From a virus (taxonomy: Duplodnaviria > Heunggongvirae > Uroviricota > Caudoviricetes), in IMG/VR virus record IMGVR_UViG_2645727555_000016, positions 1-31,562 of that record: DNA of 31,562 bases; one strand, given 5' to 3'. Below are positions 10,501-18,109 of this stretch, in pieces. A program made the position numbers and the translations under genes. Each line of letters begins with the position of its first letter. Positions within the stretch are counted from its first letter, which is position 1. Below the pieces are notes generated by a model. The model made no database searches. It was not told where the DNA came from and saw only the letters and a program-made list of their open reading frames with translations.

Positions 10501-11901
10501 GATTATGCACCAGGCTGGCGTCGTTCTTATAACACTAGAAACAAACCAACAGCTTCTGATGTAGGAGCATTACCGCTTTCAGGTGGCACATTATCTGGAG
10601 GGTTAACGTCTTCTGGTGAGATCGTTTCAAAATATGCAAATGGTTTCCGCATTGCCTACGGAAACTACGGATTCTTTATCCGAAACGATGGTTCAAGCAC
10701 ATACTTCATGTTGACCGATTCGGGTAACAGCCTGGGAACCTATAATAGTTTAAGGCCGCTTATCATTAACAATGCCAATGGTGCTGTTAGGATCGGTAAT
10801 GGACTCAATGTTACTGGCGGCATCAATGGTAGCTTGAACGGTAATGCTTCAACAGCTACGAAGTTGCAAACTGCTAGAAACATCAATGGTGTTAAGTTTG
10901 ATGGCTCAGGCGATATCAACATTAATACATTGGTATCTCGTGGCCGAGTTACGGCGTTAAGCGGCTCTACTCAAGGCACTGCTGGCATTCAAATGTACGA
11001 GGCGTACAACAATAACTACCCGACCATGTATGGCAACGTATTGCACATGAAAGGTGCGAGTGCTGCTGGTGAGGGAGAGTTGCTAATTGGCTGGAGTGGT
11101 ACGAGCGGTGCACATGCGCCAGTTTTCATTCGCTCACGAAGAGATACCGCAGGTTCGGCATGGTCAGCGTGGGCGCAGGTATATACCGCTAAGGATTCAA
11201 TCCCTGGTGTGAATACAACCGGTAATCAGAACACTACTGGTAATGCCGCAACCGCCACAAAATTGCAGACAGCAAGGAAAATTGCTGGTGTGGCGTTTGA
11301 TGGCTCTGCCGATATAACTTTGACTGCGGCTAACCTTAATGCTTACACGAAAACAGAGGTAACAAACCTTCTAAGTTCCTATGCAAGCAGATCATCACTG
11401 ACAGGCTATAGTGGCAACCTGGATATTATTGCTGAAACACTGGTTGTCAAATCAGGCGGTAGTGGAGGGTTTGCTATATGGGATATTGGCACAACTACTA
11501 GCGGTGCCAATATGTACATTGATCCAAACCCAGGTATCAATACAGTTTGGCGTTCAACATCTTCAAGGCGCTATAAAAAGGATATTGAAACATTACAAGA
11601 TCGATATGCTGATGAACTTTTGTCATTAAGACCTGTTTGGTATCGTTCAATTTGTCGAGGTGACCGAAAGGATTGGGGGTATTACGGCCTTATTGCTGAA
11701 GAGGTAGGTGAGATTGCCCCGCAATATGTCCATTGGCGTGAACCAACAAATAATGATTCTCCAGAAGATATTTCCTCAAATGGTATGGTCGCTGAAGGGG
11801 TGATGTATGAGCGTTTGGTTGTACCACTCATTCATCATATTCAGCAATTGACCAAAAGGGTTGAGGAGCTTGAAACGAAGTTAAATTCACCTAAAGAATA
11901 A
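7594..11901 (+). CDS. Side tail fibre protein (Stf-like) with Ala/Ser/Thr-rich low-complexity region, four dispersed tail-fibre repeat motifs and a C-terminal intramolecular chaperone (peptidase S74-like) domain
   Basis: 1435-aa ORF; low-complexity SETNAxAS-type repeats (nt about 8040..8950); motif TTKGVVKLSSAVDSTSESLAATPKAVKAAN; four copies of GNAATATKLQTAR.I.GV.FDGS.DI; C-terminal ...DWGYYGLIAEEVGEIAPQYVHW...ERLVVPLIHHIQQLTKRVEELE (about nt 11520..11901) typical of auto-cleaving chaperone domains. Confidence 0.8.
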   Translation: MWYREGTITFTQGSNTLVGAGTAWNVTANGVLPGMIVIGPDNKLYEIKRVTSDTNIVLSEPYTGETQSEVPCRIITTYEGDLTQFSARFTALMSRMSADSKSMRSWLTTLDEVTIEREDGTEVTVKPLIQIVNEHNENVEWYKNNTDAIDAAGDKAREAAASAAAAAESANTAGEKASQASQSASAAESSKSAAATSAGAAKTSETNAAASQKSAATSASTATTKASEAATSARDAAASKEAAKSSETSAASSASNAASSATAAGNSAKAAKTSETNARSSETAAGQSASAAAGSKTAAASSASAASTSAGQASASATAAGKSAESAASSASTATTKAGQATEQASAAARSASAAKTSETNAKASETSAESSKTAAASSASSASSSASSASASKDEATRQASAAKGSATTASTKATEAAGSATAAAQSKTAAESAATRAEAAADRAEEIAGAVAMEDASLTTKGVVKLSSAVDSTSESLAATPKAVKAANDNANSRLAKSQNGADIPDKGRFLSNINVYSKGEVDKKKGMRKYTFSAPANAVSGKWYPVVFRRTGGGTDELASRVVITTYSSAGGYAMNNCEFNGFVMPGGWSDRGSYAAGFFSIYSTAERAIHSIIASVKDDDLCSVFYVETRAFPIQIFAEEGLNVIVPTADYAVGQTTYKWGATDPLSESTNAQIILDFKNGRGYYCSHPFISSLSGNAATATKLQTARSIGGVVFDGSANINLPGVNTTGNQNTTGNAATATKLQTVRKISGVPFDGSTDITLTAAHVAAFARRATGSYADADGGVPWNAESGAYNVNRTGDSYILANFYTGVGSCRTLQMKAHYRNGGLFYRSSRDGYGFESGWEQVYTTGFMPQPADINAPTAAAGWLNSGNGTAFTTAQFITWLNNQGAFTNKHWIARCSWTYANNNYIDDTGCGRIDLSGSVIEVFSNKATSHYTIRVTTTTTSGHGGVNNAEFIYVYNGSDYAPGWRRSYNTRNKPTASDVGALPLSGGTLSGGLTSSGEIVSKYANGFRIAYGNYGFFIRNDGSSTYFMLTDSGNSLGTYNSLRPLIINNANGAVRIGNGLNVTGGINGSLNGNASTATKLQTARNINGVKFDGSGDININTLVSRGRVTALSGSTQGTAGIQMYEAYNNNYPTMYGNVLHMKGASAAGEGELLIGWSGTSGAHAPVFIRSRRDTAGSAWSAWAQVYTAKDSIPGVNTTGNQNTTGNAATATKLQTARKIAGVAFDGSADITLTAANLNAYTKTEVTNLLSSYASRSSLTGYSGNLDIIAETLVVKSGGSGGFAIWDIGTTTSGANMYIDPNPGINTVWRSTSSRRYKKDIETLQDRYADELLSLRPVWYRSICRGDRKDWGYYGLIAEEVGEIAPQYVHWREPTNNDSPEDISSNGMVAEGVMYERLVVPLIHHIQQLTKRVEELETKLNSPKE

Positions 11902-11913
11902 ACAACTTCAATC

Positions 11914-11940
11914 GGGGCTGGAACTAAACCAGCCCCTGCT
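11914..11940 (+). terminator. Hairpin GGGGCTGG-AACTAAA-CCAGCCCC after the tail-fibre gene; candidate terminator with a weak U-tract
   Basis: 8-bp perfect stem read directly; followed by TGCTTAAAAG. Confidence 0.4.
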
Positions 11941-11961
11941 TAAAAGTATAAGGATATATTT

Positions 11962-12216
11962 ATGAGCTATGGTGCACAGGTATGGTCGCCATCAAGACAG
12001 GAGATGGTCGATGCGTTGGCCCCTGTTTATTACCTCGATTATTTTACTCCCTCTGGTTCTGGAAGTAGAACATATGAGGTTGAGGCGGGATTGGGAATCG
12101 ACTATTACATAATGGACGTAACCAATGGGAAATACACAAGTCTTACGGTTTCTGGAAATACCATTTCATGGTCTGGAGCTAGTGGCAATTTAAACATATT
12201 GGTTTTTCAAAAATAA
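11962..12216 (+). CDS. Hypothetical small protein downstream of the tail fibre
   Basis: 84-aa ORF; stop overlaps the next start (TAATG); no recognisable motif. Confidence 0.4.
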   Translation: MSYGAQVWSPSRQEMVDALAPVYYLDYFTPSGSGSRTYEVEAGLGIDYYIMDVTNGKYTSLTVSGNTISWSGASGNLNILVFQK

Positions 12217-12824
12217 TGTACGGAAGCAAGATATATCGATCTGACGGGAAGGTCTGGATGTCTCCTTCTTTGTCTCCTATCGTTTTTCAGAGAAAGCAGG
12301 TTGTTTCTTTGTCTGGCGGGACAGAGTTTAACACCCAAATATCTCCAGATCGTTCACCGATGATTTTTGTTGCCTATTCGAAAGCTGTTTCATTAATAGC
12401 CAACAGAATAGTGCGTAACAACCAGGTGATTTACAGTTTCGGAGGTCAGGGTAGCGACTCTAGTGCCACGATATACGTATTTTCGAAAGGTATAGCCAAA
12501 AAAGAAACTTGGGGCATGAGTTTTTTCAATGCACAAGGGGAGGAAATCTATAATACGGCAAATATCCCACTTTCATTTACCTTTCTTAATAATACGGAGT
12601 GGAACAGTTCTGGAGGGCATGTTTTTGATTACCCGCCAGCGATAATCCCAACATATGCAAATGTGTTCGCGGTTCCAGTACCGGGCGGGGCCATGACAAT
12701 GGTTTATGGATATGCGGCATATGGAAATACTGTTAGCTCTATATTCGTAAACCAACTTAATGGCGGCCATAGTTTTAGTGTAAATGGCAGAGTACCGGTA
12801 ATAAATAGAAATCTGTATAACTGA
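12216..12824 (+). CDS. Hypothetical protein (tail-fibre-associated region)
   Basis: 202-aa ORF translationally coupled to the upstream ORF; Gly/Ser/Asn-rich; no recognisable catalytic motif. Confidence 0.4.
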   Translation: MYGSKIYRSDGKVWMSPSLSPIVFQRKQVVSLSGGTEFNTQISPDRSPMIFVAYSKAVSLIANRIVRNNQVIYSFGGQGSDSSATIYVFSKGIAKKETWGMSFFNAQGEEIYNTANIPLSFTFLNNTEWNSSGGHVFDYPPAIIPTYANVFAVPVPGGAMTMVYGYAAYGNTVSSIFVNQLNGGHSFSVNGRVPVINRNLYN

Positions 12825-12834
12825 TGAGTAAACG

Positions 12835-13065
12835 ATGAAAAGATTATTTCTAACAATAGCTGTTGTTCTCTCTCTTACTGGCTGCCAGAAATTGCCGACA
12901 CCTATATGTTATGGTGAAGCTATCATTGGTGGACAGGAGACAGTCATACCCATATATGCTGTTAAAAAAGTGAACGACTATACCTTATACAAAGCGGGTA
13001 GCATCTATAACTGGCGATGGGTTGGAGTAGGTGCTTTCTCATCAATCGGTTGCAATGCTGAATGA
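12835..13065 (+). CDS. Small lipoprotein; candidate Cor/Llp-type superinfection-exclusion lipoprotein
   Basis: 76 aa; signal peptide plus lipobox MKRLFLTIAVVLSLTGC; small lipoprotein genes directly after tail-fibre genes are typical of lambdoid phages (cor). Confidence 0.4.
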   Translation: MKRLFLTIAVVLSLTGCQKLPTPICYGEAIIGGQETVIPIYAVKKVNDYTLYKAGSIYNWRWVGVGAFSSIGCNAE

Positions 13066-13088
13066 TAGGTAAGTACACACCTACAACA
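13064..13088 (+). promoter_or_regulatory. Conserved intergenic motif GATAGGTAAGTACACACCTACAACA (instance 2 of the GATAAGTAAGTAC family)
   Basis: Matches instances 1, 3 and 4 over the 13-nt core and the downstream C-rich/CTAC segment. Confidence 0.45.
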
Positions 13089-13146
13089 AAAGGGTGAAAT
13101 GTGATATAAATCCGCCATCCCGATTTGACTTTTCATGGAGGAAAAC

Positions 13147-13470
13147 ATGTCGAACGAGATGGCGGGCGTTACAACAGAGCAAGTTGAGCGTATTGCCGCG
13201 ATCGTTGCTCGGGAGGTTGTTGGCAAATTAGGTAAAGAGCTACGTGAAGAAATTGGCCAGGAGGTCAATGATCAGCTGAAAACCTACTTTGGTGATATGA
13301 CCCCGGCGCAACATAGTATTCAACACTCCAATCTGGACAAACTCCTTAACCGGTTAGATTCCATCTCCAGTGGGTTCTTTGGCGGCATTGTTTCTAAAAT
13401 AACGTCGTTCATTATTACTGCACTGCTTTTGGGGTTAGCCGCGTATGGCGTAAAAAATGGACTGCAATAA
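13147..13470 (+). CDS. Small membrane protein with a single C-terminal transmembrane helix; holin/antiholin candidate by position
   Basis: ORF 13135..13470; likely start ATG 13147 preceded by GGAGG; C-terminal hydrophobic helix SFIITALLLGLAAYGV; sits upstream of the spanin pair. Confidence 0.35.
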   Translation: MSNEMAGVTTEQVERIAAIVAREVVGKLGKELREEIGQEVNDQLKTYFGDMTPAQHSIQHSNLDKLLNRLDSISSGFFGGIVSKITSFIITALLLGLAAYGVKNGLQ

Positions 13471-13483
13471 CAGGAGATCAAGG

Positions 13484-14176
13484 ATGAAGACTCCGAGAGG
13501 CATTCGTAATAATAACCCCGGTAATCTTGATAAAGGATCACCGTGGCAAGGTCTGGTTGCGAATCCAGACGAACCGCGCTTTTGCACGTTTAAAGACCCT
13601 GTTTGGGGGATTCGTGCGCTGGCGGTGACTCTAATTACCTACCACGACAAACGTCGCGCAAAAGACGGCTCAAGTATCGATACCATTCGTGAAGTTATTG
13701 AACGTTGGGCACCGCCGAATGAAAACAACACTGACGCCTACATTAATGAGGTGTCTAAAGCCGTTGGTGTAACCGCAGACATGATCATCGATCTGCATGA
13801 TTACGACATCCTTCGACCTTTGGTTAAGGCAATCATTCGCCATGAGAATGGGCGAGGTCCGCTAAAAACGCTGAACACCTGGTATGCGGCAGAAGTTATT
13901 GAGGAAGGTCTGCGTCGAGCTGGCGTCGTTAAGCCGGTGAAAACCGTGAAGGCTGTTCCTGTAACTAAAGAAACCGCAGGCGCAACTGTTACAGCAGGTA
14001 TTGGTCTGGCACAGCTGGCCGATGTTATGCCACAGGTTTCCGCTGCTATGGATAAAGCACAAGGTCATATCTCTAGCGGGGATACAGTACGCATCATCTT
14101 CGGTATTGCCACTATTGTTGTGGCAGGATTCATTGCCTGGTCGCAGGTAAGAAAACACCAGAAAGGGATGGTCTAA
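13484..14176 (+). CDS. Hypothetical protein with a C-terminal transmembrane anchor; endolysin candidate by position only
   Basis: ORF 13457..14176; likely start ATG 13484 after AGGAG; motif IRNNNPGNL; C-terminal TM IIFGIATIVVAGFIAW; no canonical lysozyme or amidase motif recognised by eye. Confidence 0.3.
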   Translation: MKTPRGIRNNNPGNLDKGSPWQGLVANPDEPRFCTFKDPVWGIRALAVTLITYHDKRRAKDGSSIDTIREVIERWAPPNENNTDAYINEVSKAVGVTADMIIDLHDYDILRPLVKAIIRHENGRGPLKTLNTWYAAEVIEEGLRRAGVVKPVKTVKAVPVTKETAGATVTAGIGLAQLADVMPQVSAAMDKAQGHISSGDTVRIIFGIATIVVAGFIAWSQVRKHQKGMV

Positions 14177-14177
14177 T

Positions 14178-14429
14178 ATGCTAGGCAGCCTGATGACAAA
14201 GCTAAAAGTTGCTTTGATTACGCTGGCTGCCGTTCTTTTCGTTCTGGTCGGCGCTTACACGATGGGCGGGAATGCGGCGCGACGAGCAATGGAAGAGAAG
14301 GCAAAACAGGAAGACAGAAAACGACTTCAAAGCACAGTGGATGTCAAAAATGAAACGGTTAATGAAGTGCGGCAAAAAGATGCCTCTGGTGTTCATCGCG
14401 AGCTGTTTGATAAATGGGTGCGTGATTAA
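14178..14429 (+). CDS. Rz-like inner-membrane spanin (i-spanin) candidate
   Basis: 83 aa; N-terminal TM (LKVALITLAAVLFVLVGAY) followed by a charged helical region; overlaps an out-of-frame lipoprotein ORF. Confidence 0.45.
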   Translation: MLGSLMTKLKVALITLAAVLFVLVGAYTMGGNAARRAMEEKAKQEDRKRLQSTVDVKNETVNEVRQKDASGVHRELFDKWVRD

Positions 14430-14586
14430 GACGCAGGCTCCAGGCGTGCTATTCTGCGATGCTGCAAATCCTATCTATGTGAGTAGAGAGGATTTTATGA
14501 CTGAGGAAACGGAGCGACAGTTGCTTATCCACAATACGATAGGTGAAAGGCTGTGTGAGTGGGGGGCACCTGAACTGAGTCGATGA
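14350..14586 (+). CDS. Rz1-like outer-membrane lipoprotein spanin (o-spanin) candidate, starting inside the Rz-like gene in another frame
   Basis: Internal start of ORF 14272..14586: MKRLMKCGKKMPLVFIASCLINGC with lipobox LINGC; overlapping genes are the classic Rz/Rz1 arrangement; exact start (14341/14350/14362/14380) uncertain. Confidence 0.4.
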   Translation: MKRLMKCGKKMPLVFIASCLINGCVIKTQAPGVLFCDAANPIYVSREDFMTEETERQLLIHNTIGERLCEWGAPELSR

Positions 14587-14795
14587 TTGATCTCAGTTTA
14601 CCTTTTATCCTAAAGATGGCATCTTCACTCATATACACGCCTGTTCACTCAAGCTCATGTTGAATCATTTAGTAATTTGATGTAGATTTATTAGGCATCC
14701 ACGTAAGTGGGCACATACAGGCTACGCATTCTCGTAGCCTTCAACCCCGAGAGGGGTGCCGCAATGACACTTGTGTTAACGGCTAAGGTGGATAT

Positions 14796-15215
14796 ATGCT
14801 AAATTATCATGACAATACGCGTTCTATGCAGACGATCCGCACCAATACTGCGGTTATCGACAGCTTTCCTATGCGTATTCACAACAGTGAAGACGCAGTA
14901 GAAGTGCGACGTATGTTGTGCCGTGAATCAGCTAACCGCCAGCACTTCATCGTCACTTTTAAGAGCGATGTGGCGCGTGCCGAAAAGGTCTCTAATTCTA
15001 CGTCACTGGTTAAACCGTTGGCCGAGGTTGTCGCTAACGGTAAACGAACCTCTTTTGTTTTAGATGTTGCTGAACAATATCCTGACTTGAAGTGTTTAGA
15101 TCGTGATATTTCTTCACGAATCAAACAAGTTGTAGAGTCTTTTATGAAGAAATTCTGTAAAATCGATGATATGGAACCATCAACGGCACAGAATACTTCA
15201 TGGCACCATCTCTAA
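14796..15215 (+). CDS. Hypothetical protein
   Basis: 139-aa ORF after a structured intergenic region; overlaps the start of the next ORF. Confidence 0.35.
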   Translation: MLNYHDNTRSMQTIRTNTAVIDSFPMRIHNSEDAVEVRRMLCRESANRQHFIVTFKSDVARAEKVSNSTSLVKPLAEVVANGKRTSFVLDVAEQYPDLKCLDRDISSRIKQVVESFMKKFCKIDDMEPSTAQNTSWHHL

Positions 15216-15973
15216 TTGGTCAGGCGAACAGATTAATCCCTGAAATAGAAGACTACAGCAAGGTCTTGTCTGAAATGCCGAGAGCGACGAGAATTATCGC
15301 TCTCGGTGAGTTCTATTTTATCTCCCGAGGTTTCGATCTAATTCGATTTACCGAATACGAGCTTGTTGATTCGGCCTATGAACGCTGTATTGTTGGCGAG
15401 TGTCTTGAGTCATGTGATCCTGATTACCAAGAGCAGGAAGTTAAGCGACTCAAACGTGCTGGTTACACACCTCTTGAGATAGGAGCAGAAATTGAATCCT
15501 ACAAGTTGCATGTGGGGCAGCCAGTCCAAACAGTCTTCCGCGTGGCCTACTGCGAGTTTCCAATCAAGGATAAATCTGGAGTAAAAGTCAGCGCCAAGCA
15601 GATTAGAGGGGTTTTTACTCATGCTGATTATATGGGATTAGGCATCGCAAGTTTTGCTTACCTTTATCTCGTAGATAAGTATCAGTACTTGGTTTGCGAT
15701 ACGTTACAGACGATAAAAGGCGCAACTCTTTGGGCTGTGAGTATGCGCAAACATGGACTGGTCGAAATTTACGATACGAAGAACGAAAATTTTATAGAGG
15801 AATTGGGTGAGGATGCCTGTGGCGTAAGTGGTTTTATTCCGTGGGATATCGGTAAGTCTGACGGAGGCCAGATGCGAAGACGTGAAGAGTGGGGGACTAA
15901 TAAAATCAATCTCACCCCAGGTGCTTGTACTCATATAGTGAACATTCTGAGTAAACGATCTATGAATCAATAA
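15200..15973 (+). CDS. Hypothetical protein (weak GNAT-like G-x-G-x-A motif; start uncertain)
   Basis: 257-aa ORF followed by a strong intrinsic terminator; segment HADYMGLGIASFAYLYLV loosely resembles an acetyl-CoA binding motif; not confirmed. Confidence 0.35.
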   Translation: MAPSLIGQANRLIPEIEDYSKVLSEMPRATRIIALGEFYFISRGFDLIRFTEYELVDSAYERCIVGECLESCDPDYQEQEVKRLKRAGYTPLEIGAEIESYKLHVGQPVQTVFRVAYCEFPIKDKSGVKVSAKQIRGVFTHADYMGLGIASFAYLYLVDKYQYLVCDTLQTIKGATLWAVSMRKHGLVEIYDTKNENFIEELGEDACGVSGFIPWDIGKSDGGQMRRREEWGTNKINLTPGACTHIVNILSKRSMNQ

Positions 15974-15995
15974 ACCCGCTACGGCGGGTTTTTTG
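15974..15995 (+). terminator. Rho-independent terminator (CCCGC-TACG-GCGGG followed by TTTTTTG)
   Basis: Perfect GC-rich 5-bp stem, 4-nt loop and 6-T tract directly after the stop codon of ORF 15200..15973. Confidence 0.7.
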
Positions 15996-16121
15996 TTATT
16001 AAGCCCACCTATGTACCTATCATTAAACCTTTACACCGCAGCCGTAGGCATTTAGGCTATATCACATATAAGAAAACAAGTTGTTTCAGACGATAATTAT
16101 ATACGCAAAGGGAACTCTCCA

Positions 16122-16790
16122 ATGACCAAGATCTTTGTGGTTGGCGGCACAAAGGGCGGGCCTGGCAAATCCACCGTTGCCCAGCAAATTGCCGTTTGCC
16201 TGAAAGTCAAAAAGAAGAAGAAGGTTTATATCACTGATATAGATATTCAGCGCACGACAACAAGCTGGTGTGAAGACCGTCGACAGAACGAAGACCTTGA
16301 GCTGATTCCTTTTGCATACGTTCAGGATGACATCATTAAGCACCTAAAATCGCTTCAGGGTAGAGCTGAGTTTGTAGTGGTAGATGCTGGTGGCTTTGAC
16401 TCCGAAATTCAGCGACAAGCGATGCTGATGGCCGACGTTATCATTATCCCGCTTCGTCCTAAGCGTCGTGATTTGAAATCTCTGCGTGACATTGATCCTA
16501 TTATCGACAATGTTCGTAATGTAAACGATAAAGTGAAGGTCCGCGCGGTCATGAACCAGTGCCCGGCTTTGCCATCACAAGTGTCTCGCATTCTGGCGGC
16601 TAAAGAGATTGTTGAGACGTTTGGCATCGAGTCTGCGCCAGTCAATCTATATAACCGCAACGTCTATGATGATGCGGAAGAGTCTGGTCGTTCTATCTTT
16701 GAAATGACCGGTAGCGAGCGCGACAAAAAGGCGGAAGCCGAGTTTGAAGAATTTGTAGATTATCTGTTGAGTCTGGAGGAAGAAGAATAA
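16122..16790 (+). CDS. parA: ParA-family partition ATPase (small type Ib, ParF-like)
   Basis: Deviant Walker A box GGTKGGPGKST (KGGxxK[ST]) at the N-terminus; 222 aa; followed by a small DNA-binding-type gene. Confidence 0.7.
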   Translation: MTKIFVVGGTKGGPGKSTVAQQIAVCLKVKKKKKVYITDIDIQRTTTSWCEDRRQNEDLELIPFAYVQDDIIKHLKSLQGRAEFVVVDAGGFDSEIQRQAMLMADVIIIPLRPKRRDLKSLRDIDPIIDNVRNVNDKVKVRAVMNQCPALPSQVSRILAAKEIVETFGIESAPVNLYNRNVYDDAEESGRSIFEMTGSERDKKAEAEFEEFVDYLLSLEEEE

Positions 16791-17149
16791 TGTCCATGAA
16801 AATGGGTGACCTAGCAAAGCGCAAAGAGCCTGATGCACCGGCTAAGAACACAACTCCTTTGCGCCAACCAGTCAGACCACAGGGACGCCCGACTCGTGGC
16901 AAAGAGAAAATTAAAAGCCGCACAATGTCACTGGAAGACGAATACTTCGAACTGCTGGAGATGATGAAGTTCATCCCTCGCTTCGAGAAATTCACCCGTT
17001 CTGACGTGATTCGCGCAGCCATTTTCCATCTGGCAGAGAAGTCACCGCAGGAAATCGAGGACATCGTGAAACTTAACGAGGCAATCACAGCTGCCGATGT
17101 CACGATGCGTACCGATGAAATTAAACGAGAGTTGATGAAGAAAGGTTGA
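16790..17149 (+). CDS. ParG/ParB-like centromere-binding protein candidate (partner of ParA)
   Basis: 119 aa; start overlaps the parA stop (ATGA); basic Pro/Arg-rich N-terminal tail and helical C-terminus, as in RHH-type small partition proteins. Confidence 0.45.
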   Translation: MSMKMGDLAKRKEPDAPAKNTTPLRQPVRPQGRPTRGKEKIKSRTMSLEDEYFELLEMMKFIPRFEKFTRSDVIRAAIFHLAEKSPQEIEDIVKLNEAITAADVTMRTDEIKRELMKKG

Positions 17150-17193
17150 TAAGAGAAGGCGTGATTAGACGCCTTCTCTTAAAAGGTATATTT

Positions 17194-17949
17194 ATGCTTT
17201 ACAAATATGTTGGAAGTAGCGTCCCGGAAGACACAATAAAGTATTTAAAGTATTACTTAGAAGATGGGAAAATTCGAGCAACTCGTCCGAATGATTTCAA
17301 CGATCCTGCCGAGTTTAAAGTTAATTTTGATTATGATGCTGATATAGACGCCATTAAGAAAAGATTTTTTGAGCTTTGGCCTAATCATCACAATGATGAA
17401 TTTGAACGCTGGTTATTGAGTCAAACAGAACATAGTCGCAGTTTTGATAACTATATGATTAGAACAACTTTTCTGCAGTGTCGGGGAGTTATTTGTTTGA
17501 CAAAAAGACCAGATAATTATCTTATGTGGTCGCATTATGCGCATTCTCACTCTGGTTTTTGCATCGGATTTGATGATGGTTTTATAAATGCGTTTGATGA
17601 TGTTTTTTTTGTTCGCGGTGAGGTCAAATATTCCTCTGATGTTCCGGTTGTAAATTTTTTTACCGACTCAGCTAAAGAGATTGCAGCGGCTCTTTGCCTA
17701 AATAAAAGCGATGTCTGGGAATATGAAGAGGAGGTTAGAATCGTAACCGAGAATTGTGGCGTGAAATTATTTGATAAATCCTTAATTAAGGAAATAACAA
17801 TAGGTTGTAAGGCTAGCAGTCAACTTCAAAATTATGTTCATCAACTATTTGATTCAGGTATCGAAATCTACAAAATGAAGTGCCCTCCAGGATCGTATAA
17901 GCTGGAAAAAATAAGATTAGAGAAAGATACTGATTTTCTTGGATACTAG
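17194..17949 (+). CDS. DUF2971-family protein (domain recurrent in defence islands), AT-rich
   Basis: N-terminal LYKYVGSS and NDFNDPAEF, central LMWSHYAHSHSGFCIGFD; these match the DUF2971 signatures as recalled (LYKY start, FNDP.E, MWSHYA); low-GC coding sequence relative to neighbours. Confidence 0.5.
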   Translation: MLYKYVGSSVPEDTIKYLKYYLEDGKIRATRPNDFNDPAEFKVNFDYDADIDAIKKRFFELWPNHHNDEFERWLLSQTEHSRSFDNYMIRTTFLQCRGVICLTKRPDNYLMWSHYAHSHSGFCIGFDDGFINAFDDVFFVRGEVKYSSDVPVVNFFTDSAKEIAAALCLNKSDVWEYEEEVRIVTENCGVKLFDKSLIKEITIGCKASSQLQNYVHQLFDSGIEIYKMKCPPGSYKLEKIRLEKDTDFLGY

Positions 17950-17971
17950 TATTGGTAGTATCAACAATTAT

Positions 17972-18034
17972 GACCTGCTTCCGTATATAATAAGTATCTT
18001 AGTATATATATATATACGGAAGCAGGTCTTTTAA
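17972..18034. terminator. Long perfect 18-bp inverted repeat (GACCTGCTTCCGTATATA / TATATACGGAAGCAGGTC) with an AT-rich alternating TA loop, followed by TTTT; bidirectional terminator or recombination/origin-like hairpin
   Basis: Arms 17972..17989 and 18011..18028 are exact reverse complements; loop contains a (TA)n run; T-tract follows. Confidence 0.55.
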
Positions 18035-18109
18035 AAGACACCACCAGAACAACTCCCTTCCGTTTCCACTTCCAAAAACTGCCACCAGTCGCTATCATCC
18101 GCTCATTGT

